This document shows, in pieces, positions 50,301 through 61,100 of a stretch of DNA of 64,000 nt. How positions within the stretch are numbered: position 1 is the first letter of the stretch; every line of letters begins with the position of its first letter. The stretch is from Chara braunii (taxonomy: Eukaryota; Plantae; Charophyceae), in the NCBI GenBank assembly GCA_003427395.1, contig BFEA01000031.1, positions 4,433,602-4,497,601 of the forward strand, read 5' to 3'. The notes beneath the pieces were generated by a model, which was not told the origin of the DNA, searched no databases, and was given only the letters and a program-made list of their open reading frames with translations. A program made the translations under genes and the position numbers.

Positions 50301-52771
50301 TAAAAACCCCAAACTCGCCCCTTTCTCCGCCCGATTTCACCAAGGTTCGGGCGGGATCTCAACTTTTCTTGTCTCAATAGCCAAGTTTCCTCCATCTCTA
50401 TTCCGCACACATCTGGCAGGAAGTGCGTCCAGATTCTTTTCTTTGTTTTTTTCTTCACTTCTTCAGCGTTTGTCGCCACTCGTGCCTCGCTGCAGCGCTC
50501 CGCCCCCTCTCGGTCCCTTAGTACTTCGTTCTCATTACTTCATCTCCCCGTCGTTGCGCCCCGATCATCTCCTCGCCATCTGCAGCTCTCCCTTCAGTCC
50601 GCATGCACCTGGCGCGTTTCCTCGCCTAGGTTCATCCGCACCCCCCTTCTCTGTGCCTTCGAGCACTCCTCCGGCCATGTCCCNNNNNNNNNNNNNNNNN
50701 NNNNNNNNNNNNNNNNNNNNNNNNNNNNNNNNNNNNNNNNNNNNNNNNNNNNNNNNNNNNNNNNNNNNNNNNNNNNNNNNNNNNNNNNNNNNNNNNNNNN
50801 NNNNNNNNNNNNNNNNNNNNNNNNNNNNNNNNNNNNNNAGCTATCCCTTCAGTCCGCATGCACCTGGCGCGTTTCCTCGCCTAGGTTCATCCGCACCCCC
50901 CTTCTCTGTGCCTTCGAGCACTCCTCCGGCCATCTCCCTGGGCTCCCTACCGCCCTCGCCCTGCTGCTAACGCAGCTTCGGCGGTCGCGGCCCGGTGGCA
51001 ACCTGCGCTGTTCAGAATGCCTAGTTGGCCTCGGTACTCCGCTCCTCATTCGTCACTCTGCCCGTTTGCGCCCTGCCATCCATCATCCTGCTGCCTGTTT
51101 CCCCCTGCCTCAGCGCTCGTCACCTCGACGCAGTCTGGCCTATCGTCCGCTCCTCCTCCCGTCTCAGTCAAGGCGCGTTTTGTGCGCTAGCCCCGGATTC
51201 CCAAACAAGTGCCGCACGCTACTACCGGCAGACCGCTACTGCAGGTGGTCACACGCTCCGGCCCTGTTTTATCCAGCAGTCCTAGCCCCCCCCCCTCCTG
51301 CGTTTACGCCGTAGCTGCACTTTAGCCGACAGTGCCCCGACACAGCGGTCCGCCCGCCGCTACCCGATACTGCTCGCTTCTCGTTCCCAATCTCCCTTGC
51401 TGCCCATCGGTTCGCTGTCCCAAACACGGTAGTGGGACTTAGTGATACAGTCAGTGGGCCGGCGATCATGGAAGTTGAATCTGCGAAGGTGTGTGTAGCA
51501 ACTCCCTGCCAGTCCGTCCATCCATTGACATGTGCCCGCCTTGACAAGGCACGCGGCCTATGTTCTATCGTCGGGGCAACTCTCGATCCTTGACGAGTGG
51601 GCAAATGCTGGGCTCACTCCAGCACCTGCAGTATGTGTCTGGGCGACGCGGACCCTAGTGCAGATCTTGGTGGTAGTAGCAGATATTCAAATGAGAATTT
51701 TGAAGACCGAAATGGAGACGGTTCCACGGGGATGACCACAGGGATAGCCTGCCACAACATCGAAGTTGTGGCAGCGCACCCTCCAAGTATCCCCAAACCT
51801 CCGCCTAGGCATAATTCACCATCCAGCAGGTCCGAGAGGGCGCTCACACTCAACTCCCACCACGGCCGTTGGTGACGTGCGTTAAATTTCAGAGAGCCCT
51901 GCTAAAAGAGGCGCGTGCTCAAGGTTTTTGACCGTCACGACGACTCCCAAGTCTGGCGTCACACCTGAGTCGATAGGTACTAAAGCAAAAAGTAATAACA
52001 TGGCAGAATTTAAGTTATTCTAGACTTTTGATCGTCAAGATATGACGAACGGGGAAAACAAAAATGTTAGCCCTGTCCTAACGTCGCCGATGACAAAACC
52101 AAGGGGGATAGCCCCGCCGGGCCCTCAACCCCTCGGTCCCTTCGCGCCACTCTGATATTCCCACGTCGCCGCCACTCGATCTCGATCCCTAGACCTCCGT
52201 ATCGTCAACCCAATGTCATAACCTATAGGGCTACGCCCAAGACTGAGGCCCACATCCGCTGAGTGCTATACAAGGCAGTGCGGCGCGGTGCTTTGGGCCA
52301 ACAAACCGGCTGCGCGGTTCCTGGTGCCCGCGCCGGCTTGCCTATGCCGTGCCATAATTGCCCCGCGCACCCTCCTACGACACCCCGCTCACCACTCGAA
52401 GTCGCGTCGTCGCTGTCGATGCCGTCGTCGGGGCCGTCCTCTGCACACTCACTTGACTTGGTCAAACGTACCACTGAAAGAGAATATCCCCTAGATCCTA
52501 GTTTAATCAAGGGTAACCAAAAATAAAAGTTAGTAATATCCTTAACAGGGTGACCGACGTCCGAGTCGGCTCTATGATCAACGACAGAAAAGAATCACGT
52601 GCGCCTTTAGCCTGCGCGCCCACGCACTCTTTACTCTAGTCAACCATCCAGTCGACGTAATCACAGAGACAGTCGCGCCTAGCGCGGTATATTTAAACTT
52701 TAAACCAAAACCATTTTCTGCCACTTACAAAAACCAGAGCGGATACCCTTGTAAGGGTATTCGCACCGACA
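44392..52771 (-). mobile_element. 8.4-kb giant 5' LTR (family G1)
   Basis: Starts TGTCGGTGCGAATACCCTTACAAGGGTAT (same subterminal hairpin as 17860) and ends GATGCGCTCGATA (compare GATGCGCTCGACA at 22693); followed by the PBS. Confidence 0.8.
51640..51728 (+). pseudogene. LSU (25S/28S) rRNA fragment
   Basis: CTAGTGCAGATCTTGGTGGTAGTAGCAGATATTCAAATGAGAATTTTGAAGACCGAA..GGTTCCA matches a conserved eukaryotic LSU segment, recognised from memory. Confidence 0.88.
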
Positions 52772-53865
52772 GCTTACCGGACCATATTAAGCGACGTCCC
52801 CGTCGCTTCGCCAAATCAGAAAGCTAAAAATTCATCCACGCTCCAAATGCTGACGAAAGACGAGCCAACCCGATTATCCAATAAACACGGGGTAGAGGCC
52901 TCCATCAAACCATGCCTTCACAACTATATGCTGCCAGGTTTCTAACCCGGGCCTGTCACCGCCCAGAAATTAGAACGCTGACAGCATAAATTTCAAAGAC
53001 CCTCCCAATCGTCCTCTCCCTGGTCCTAGACCTTCGGCTTCTCGTTGAGTGTTCCTGGTCCTGGCAAAAACTAGGGACGCAGACCTTAATCGAGACCTTT
53101 CAAGGCATTCTCGCCTTCCTTCTCAAAATCTCTCGCAATCAAATACACATAAGTACATATGTATACTTAATATCCGCTCAGCTCTTTGTACAGTCTAGTA
53201 CAGAAAGGCTAGGTCTCCACCTTGGCCCACCATAGCTTGGCTGATCGGACCTGGACCACGGTCCACCGCATTGCTATTTAACGACAGTACCCTCGTTGGT
53301 TACCCAACGATAGGTTTTCTTCCTAATAAGCATTCAATCAGGATTCCCCAAAAATCTCAATCTTCACTATCCCACGGAGTAATTTCCCTGGGGCGGGCAA
53401 CTCCCCTTAAACTCTTACCCCGCGGTCCCGCAATCAGGTTGCGCCGGCTAGCAGCCATCCACTGGGGTTACGCCCTCGTGGCGCTAAACTTTTACCGTTA
53501 GCTTGGTCTTTCTCAATATGTCCATGCACTAGCACAAGTGGTTAGACAGAGCGTCGCAAAACAAAATCGCAGGCCCACTGCGCGATACGCAGGGGTCCGA
53601 AGGCATTTACCAACCCTCCCACAATAGGCATGACATCCTTCGCACGCTCACAAACAAAATCACCGCTAGGTCCACCACGCCGTGACCCCTGACTTGATCA
53701 GAGTCAGCGGCCACCCATCCTAAGACATCTCTCGCCCTGCACTCATTGCGACTTTCTCAAACATTCCAAGCAAAAGTGACCCTTTTCGTCATACTTTATC
53801 ACCCATCAGACAACTTTCATGCCATAAATCAGTTTACTCACTTTTGAAGGTGAGTCTTCCAACAA

Positions 53866-54105
53866 CAAAAACATCCCCTTTTTTCAAAAATCCAAGGGAC
53901 TCTCATCATAAAACAAAACACCCCCTCTTCCAAAAATCACGAGGGGTCTCACTACAGAACAAAACACTCCCTCTTCCAAAAATCACGAGGGGTCTCATCA
54001 TAAAACCAAACTCCCCCTCCTTAAAAATTCGAGGGGGTCTCATCATAACACACAACATCCCCTTTTTCAAAATTCAGGGGTCTCTTCATACAACAAAACA
54101 TCACT
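53866..54105 (+). repeat. 46-bp tandem repeat, about 5 units
   Basis: tcttccaaaaatcacgaggggtctc at 53926 and 53972. Confidence 0.85.
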
Positions 54106-54137
54106 GAGAGACCATCTTATAGGTCCTCGTCACAACT

Positions 54138-55100
54138 TATGTCCTCCATAATACTGCATTTGGTGGTCCGGACTTCGGACTGCCGACTGTTTGGCACAAA
54201 CCGATGGTTCTCAAATGTTGTTGGCACCTGTTACGACCGGTCCAGAATAGGGACTGCNNNNNNNNNNNNNNNNNNNNNNNNNNNNNNNNNNNNNNNNNNN
54301 NNNNNNNNNNNNNNNNNNNNNNNNNNNNNNNNNNNNNNNNNNNNNNNNNNNNNNNNNNNNNNCCGGTCCAGAATAGGGACTGCCTCACCCTATCAAATGT
54401 CCTCTACAATAGTGCATTTCGTGGTCCGGACTTCGGACTGCCGACTGTTTGGCACAATCCAATGGTTCTCAAATGTTGTTGGCGCCTGTTTCGACCGTCT
54501 GCACAACTCGTGTCCGAGTTCATTACCGGTTCAGAATAGGGACTGCCTCGCCATGTCAAGTCCAAGTTGCGTGGGTAGTCTCCAATGTTGTCTCACTGGG
54601 CGTTCCATCGTCATCGTGTTCAACACAATAATACGATAATAGAGTGCTAGAGACTGTCTCGGCCTGACCGGACATAATGTGCGCAGTGGTCAGGCGTCTA
54701 CTAATAGTGAAGATGCCTCGAGCCTTTTGGGATACCAGTGAAGACTAACTCACACTGTCAATTGCCTAACCAAACATATGTCCGCAGTGGTACGACCTCT
54801 ACTAATGGCCTTTTTCGACCGTATGAAGAAGTGGTGTGCGCTGTGCTCTTTCTGCTCTGTGTCCTCTATAACAGTGCATTTGGTGGTCAGGACTTCGGCA
54901 AGGCGACTGTTTGGCACAAACTGGTGGTTCTCACAGGGCGTTCCATCGTTACTGTTGCCTGTTCTGCATACCAGACAATGCCTCGCGCTATCGTGGTCGG
55001 ACGTGTTCGACACGATCATGGCTACTGGTGGCTCATATGTGTCCGAGTTCGTTACCAGTCCAGAATACTAAAGACTGCCTCGCCCTGTCAAGTATTATTG
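54138..55100 (+). repeat. Repeat array of the same family as 8.6-11.9 kb
   Basis: gcatttggtggtccggacttcggactgccgactgtttggcacaaac and cgtgttcaacac motifs recur in the same orientation. Confidence 0.8.
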
Positions 55101-55651
55101 TAAGGGACACGACATCTTCCAGCTTCCCCGACAGCAGTGTGTGGTCGAAGGCTGTTGTCCTATGGAAGACAGTTGTTTCCATATATTAATAAAACACAAT
55201 GTCATTATTCGTTGACCATATGCTGCTCCACACTTCGAACTGCCGACTTGTTAGAGTTGATATGGAAGGTTTTCTGATTGGTCATTATGAAGATGTATGG
55301 TCTACTGGCTAAATGAAAACAGTCCGTTCACATTATGTGTGTTGTCATACCTTGTTTGCCATATTTTCATGAATATAAAATTCGTTGCAGAACACTATCG
55401 TGGCAAGGCTTTCTAAATGGTCATCATGTTAAAAAAATGTGTGATGTACTAGCTAAATGAAAACAATCCGTTCACATTTCTCAACCGATGTTATTGGCAT
55501 GTGTGTCGTCATACGTGGATTGCCATATTATATTGAATTTTGTTTTCTTTTTAGGTCTCTGCGTTTTTCACAATAGCGCTTCGATTGAGTAATCCGTATT
55601 CCGTGCCTAACACATGCGTTGAATGATTATTAACTCTTCGTCATATACGTC

Positions 55652-56308
55652 GTGAGTTCTCGCCTTCAGTGCATCAACGAGCTTATTTGTCCTCGCAGAC
55701 TCATTATGCCTTGCGACACTTCGTATCGGAGAGTTGAATATCCAGCGCTGGCAAGTATGGACTGCGCAGCGTCTAACACATTACTGGATGAGAATTGTCA
55801 TGCGGAAATGCACAACCTCGCTACGTGCTCTCCAGATTCCGAACATGTAATTCGCGACGACGTCTTCACTTCCAACACGCCTGCTCGTAAAAGAAAGAGA
55901 GAATTGGAAATCGATGTCGCTACTTGCGCGAGCACCTCCCTTGCCGTTCATCGGCAACGACATGCATATGAATCCGATGTTGCATGTCGTAGAGCTAACG
56001 ACCGTGACACTGACACTTCAACATCTGATGTGACGTCATTCCTTGTTCATAACGATTACTTGGCACGCGCAAGCACATCAAATGCTGAAGTGCGTCGTGT
56101 AGCTGAATTTCAGAGAGCAATTACAGAATTGCCAGCGTTGAAAATACTACGTGATGGCCTCGTTGACACTACAATCATGTATGTCCGACATTTGCTCTTG
56201 CGGGAGTATAAGAGCATAGAAGCGCATGTAGAATACAGAGATCCCGCACATCATGAACGAAATGAGACCACTGTTTTAGAAAACTGGATAGTTTACAATA
56301 GACGATAG
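55652..56308 (+). pseudogene. Unknown coding remnant, probably transposon-borne (218-aa frame with an RKRKR NLS-like motif)
   Basis: Long ORF next to the repeat array, with an upstream acceptor-like TTTTAG at about 55555; downstream frames contain stops. Confidence 0.4.
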
Positions 56309-56989
56309 TTAGATTGTTATGATGACAATACCGCAAAGTGGATCGTTTATTGACTTACTTAATACAGGAATTCTATCAAACTGAGTCCAGATACCATGAA
56401 CTGGGTTGCTTTAAATTTTGTTATGTGGTTGTTTTTTAAGTGACGATCCTTGAAGATGTACGAGAACCTTGTACGTCATGGACAAAATGTGTCGCTGATC
56501 AGTGTTTTGGAAGTTAACTAGGTCAAAGTATGATCATCACGGTTACCGTACAAGGTTCAAATCTTTCACAATAAACAGGGGTGCTATCTGTCCGGGAACA
56601 TTGCGAAGGTTTTTTTTGCTTGTGCACTCAGCTTGTTTAAAATTTGAAATTAAAATGGCAAACTTGGTGAATCAGATGTAAGCATCGAGGCCTTTTTGCA
56701 AGGCATATGATAGTCGCCTTTTACCCAACATATTATAAACCTTTCAAAGACAATTTTTCTCTTGCGATCTTCAATGACATGTAATTACTATCGACAAGAA
56801 GTTTTCCTTTGTTAACATCATGAAAGTAATGTTCTTTGTCGGTCGTTGTTATATTTTTCATATATAAAAAATCATCTCCGTCCCTCTAATAAATGTCGTT
56901 GACGTGTGTTTTGGCCGTTCCCCGATTCATTTTTATATGTTCACTTTTCGTAAAACATTTCATTTTTAACGAAAACATCATTCAAGTCT

Positions 56990-57892
56990 TAGTCACAAGT
57001 CCTGAATAATCCCTCGTTACAATGTCTGAAGTCCAGAAGTCGAGTCTGGATCCGATGTCCCCAAGCTCTCTCTCTCTCTTCTCTCGTAGTCTGCAGATGT
57101 AGTGAAGTCAGATGATGAGAGGGCGAGAAGGAGATGGTGGACTGAGAAGAGGAGGAAGAAGAACCCTCTCTTTCTGTTACGAGCCAGATACTAACCTGTG
57201 ACGTTGGTACTGTGCTGCAGGTACCTCGAAGACGAAGTTGGAGCAACGGCGCTGCAGATAAGTACTTCTGGCCTCCGCCCAATCTCTCTCTCTCTCTAGT
57301 ACTCTAGCTATGGCGCCCAACGCTCAAGACTACTACTAACGTCGTAAGCGCCCAACGTTGAAGACTAAGGCTAACGCTACTCCTACAGTAACTACTGCAG
57401 CGCTCCTCCAGAGTGCTGCGGACGAATCCTGAAGACTACTGTCTCCTGCCTCCCCGTGAAGTGTATGGGAAGTCCCTATGTACTACCTCGGCCTGCCTCC
57501 TGACCGTTTGAAGGGCGAGCTAGGCCGAGGAGGCTGCTCTTGCCAATGCTGAAATGTGCGAGGGGCTGACGCTGCAGCAGCTGCTGCAGTTGGCGTGGGA
57601 AAAGGCCAAAAATAGCCTGTTCCTAAAACCCTGGTTTGGTGCCTGAGTTTCGGGGTAGGTCAGTCTAATGAGGGCCCGAAAATGACCCTCAGTTTCAGGC
57701 TAAAAAGGCTCATGCCGTTTTTAGTCTGAACCGACGCAGGGCCTGTAGGCCCCTGTTTCCAGCTCTACGAGCTGAACGGACACGGGGCCTGTAAGCCCTA
57801 AATTTCAGGCTTTCGGCCTGAAAACCAGGCTTTTAGCCTGAAGGACGCAGGGCCTGGGAAATGACCCTCGTGTGCAGGCGCATCATGTAACA
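56990..57892 (-). repeat. 3' LTR of a chromovirus-type gypsy element
   Basis: TGTTACA start on minus immediately after the PPT; distal boundary approximate. Confidence 0.65.
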
Positions 57893-57907
57893 CCCCCCCC
57901 TCCTTTT
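57893..57907 (-). other. Polypurine tract
   Basis: AAAAGGAGGGGGGGG directly before TGTTACA. Confidence 0.85.
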
Positions 57908-57911
57908 GAAG

Positions 57912-58194
57912 TCAAGTCGGGGCGAGGGCGAAGCTGACGATCTGAAGGTGGAACCTGGACGCGGGCGCGACGTGGAACCGAAGAACCAGCTTGCCTTGCA
58001 TCTTGCGTTCGTAGCGTGCGAGAACGTCAAGAGTTGTTGCTTGAAGTTTCGCACGGGTCAACCAACGGTCAACTCGATGTGTGCAGTATGCAAAATGTAC
58101 CAAGTACTCGGTAGGCCTGTTATCGTAGCGTCTCTGGCAGATGATGTCGCCGACCTCCTGAAATCCGTCCATAAAGGTTGGGTCTTGCGAACGT
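57912..58194 (-). pseudogene. Chromodomain at an integrase C-terminus (chromovirus), interrupted upstream by an LTR insertion
   Basis: QEVGDIICQRRYDNRPTEYLVHFAYCTHRVDRWLTRAKL...VLARYE, directly before PPT and LTR. Confidence 0.8.
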
Positions 58195-61100
58195 TGTCGG
58201 GACTAGTGAGTCCCGAATAACTTCCCATCACTCGAGAGGCTGTATATGGCTAATTTATGCATAACAGAGAAAACCGGAGGTAAGAAGGACGGAAGGAGCA
58301 AGGCAGAGGCACGAGCGCTGATGATCTAGGGGGTGCTTAAAGTTGTCAGGACTATTGAACTAAGAAGAAATTGACAAGACAGGGAGTGGCAAAGGATCGT
58401 GAAAAACATCAAAGGCGACCCTTCCCCGAAATGGAGAAGGACTCCCGGAAAAGGTAATGACGTAGGAGGTGTGTCGCAGAGCAAGAAAAGAAGTGAGGGA
58501 GAGGGATAAATAGTACGCAAGGCACCGACGCGAGAGGATGAAGTCGAGTCAGGCGGTCACCAGAACGCAACGGCAAGGGGGCCGTAGGCCAAGTGAGGAC
58601 TCACGCCCGGGGAAGACGATGCAAGGGACGCAAGAAGGACAAGGGAGGGAGACCGCCATAAGGTGGAAAAATGACGAGGATGTCGGGGGAGGCCAACGGC
58701 GGGACAAAGTGTCGGGGACCACGTGAGACCAAGAGAAGATGCGGTACCGACGGGACGAAGTGTCGAGGACCGGGTGAGACCAAGAGAGAATGCGGTACCG
58801 GCGGGACAAAGTGTCGGGGACCGCGTGAGACCAAGAGAAAATATGATACCGGCGGGACAAAGTGTCGGGGATCACGTGAGACCGAGAGAAAATACGGTAC
58901 CGGCGGGACAAAGTGTCGGGGACAGCATGAGACCAAAAGAAGATGCGGTACCGGTGGGACAAAATGCCGAGGACCACGTGAAACCAAAAGAAGATGCGGT
59001 ACCGACGGGACAAAGTGCCGGGGACCGCGTGAGACCGAGAGAAAGTGTGGTACCGGTGGGACAAGTGCGGAGGACTACGTGGGGCTAGGCGTAAAATGCG
59101 GTACCGGCCGGACAAGTACCGGCGGGACTAATGTCAGGTACTAATGTCGGGGACTAGTGCGGGACAAGTGGCGGGGACCTGTGACGTCCCGAGGAAAAAT
59201 TGCGGTACGGCATGTGGTGCAAAATAATTTAAATAAATAAATAAATAATAAAGCAAGTTGCACCGTCAAGACCGGAGATCTTGACGGCCAAAATTATTAG
59301 CACCANTAGTGCAAGCACTAGTGGGAGCAAGTGGGAAGGCCAAAAGAAAAATAAAAAGTAAAGAAAACAGGTACTAGGAGGCATGGGAGCAATTCGAAAA
59401 ATCTCGGATTAGCCTCGCCCAAGAAAATGGGGCCAAAAGGGCCAATATGAGAAAAATAGGTTTTTCCGGGAAAAATCCGTGCATGGGGGCCTACCATTTG
59501 GGAGAGAGAAGGGTTAACAGTGGCTCTTAAGGGCATGGGAGGGCCACAACTGCAGTCCGAAAAATAACGGACTCGCTTTTGGGCATAGGAAGGGTCAAAA
59601 CTAAGAGGAGGAGACAAGAAAAGGGCCTTAACGGCTAGTTGACACTTGACATGCAAAAAGAAAAAGAAAAAGAAAAAGAAAAAGAAAAATGGTGGAGAAT
59701 AAGACAAGGCGGTGAAAGAGGATGAGTGAGGTGGTCATCAGTAGGGACTACAGCAAGTAGGGACTGCCAAGTCTTAAGTGTCCAAGGAAGGAGGAAAAAG
59801 AAAAGAAAAAAAAAGAAAATTGAGAAAAGGGTCTTAACGGCTAGTTGATACTTGACATGCAAAAAAAAAAAAAAAAAAAAAGGAAATGGTAGGCGAGAGA
59901 GGATGAGTGAGTTGGCTGTCAGTTGGGACTACAGAAAGTAGGGACTGCCAAGTCCCAACTGTCCACAAGTGGAGGAAAAAGAAAAGAAAAAGAAAAGAAA
60001 AAGAAAAGTAAAAGGGGAAAAAGTCAAAAGGGCACTAATGGACGAAAACGGTCACTTAGGGAGGGATTTTGGACCAGATTCATTTTGGCAATATGGCGGT
60101 TACAAAGGACCTTGATTTTCTTTGATTTATGTAGAGAAAATTAAAGAAAATCAAGGCCCCTTGCAACCGCTAAATAACGGATTGCATGGGGGAGGCCAAA
60201 AATAAGTTTTGAGTGGACGGGGAGCCAAAATTGAGACCGGATGCACTTGGAAATTGGCCGCTTGATTTTCTTTTGGTAGGGGGCTAGTTGTGGGAGATTG
60301 AGGCAAGGAAAACTGCCCTGTAACGGACTGCATAAGGAGGGGCAAACATAAGGTTTTGGGGCACCGGGAATCAAAATTGAGCCCAGTTGCCTTGGGAAAA
60401 TTAACGCTTTATTTTTCATCGGCATGGGGCATGACGTAGAACTGTGGGGCTAGCAAAATGGTTGTGGATGAAGTCCGAGAAATAACGGACTGCATAAGGA
60501 TGCCGGGGCCAATGAAAAATAGGTCGTGGCATGCCTAAAAAGCTAGAAAACGGTACCGCGGGCCTAGAGGAGTGTGACGGTAAAACGACGACGACACAGC
60601 AGGGGTCCCTCGGCCGGGAAATTATCGACGACATTTGGGGCGCACGAAAAAGAATAAAACGGTACTGTCGGGGACATGGAAGTCCCAAATAAAAATTGGC
60701 CGTCAACCGGGATGACGCCGGGGGCCAAATGGACCCAAATAAAAACTGTCGGGAATCGGGCTTTGTCGACGGCGTCGCCGGCGGAATTGAAAAATGGAAC
60801 TAGTGCGGGGAGCGGCGGGGACTTGAGGTGTCCCGAGGGGGAAACCACTAGTCACGGTAGGAAATGGCCGTAAGAAGCAAACGGCACCGCCGAGATCGAG
60901 GATCTCGACGGTGGAAAATATTAGCACCACTAGTGCAAACACTACCGGGACTTAAACGGATGAAAAACGGGAGTGAGGAGCAAAAAAAATAAAATAATAA
61001 GGGGAGGGTTACCCAACATTCCGGGGTCTTTCGGACAAGCTAGGCCTAAGAAAACAATAGCCCAAGGGGCTCCAATCAAGAAATAGGTTAGCCAAGAAAA

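Noticed and set aside
51640-51728. Functional rRNA gene
   Set aside because: Under 100 nt, substituted, with no flanking rDNA.
52772-53830. LTR-like sequence with weak similarity (about 53580) to 13090-13130
   Set aside because: The similarity is too short to support a call by eye.
57311-57322. tRNA-Lys-type PBS TGGCGCCCAACG
   Set aside because: It lies inside a minus-strand LTR, is not preceded by an LTR-terminal CA, and is partly repeated nearby.
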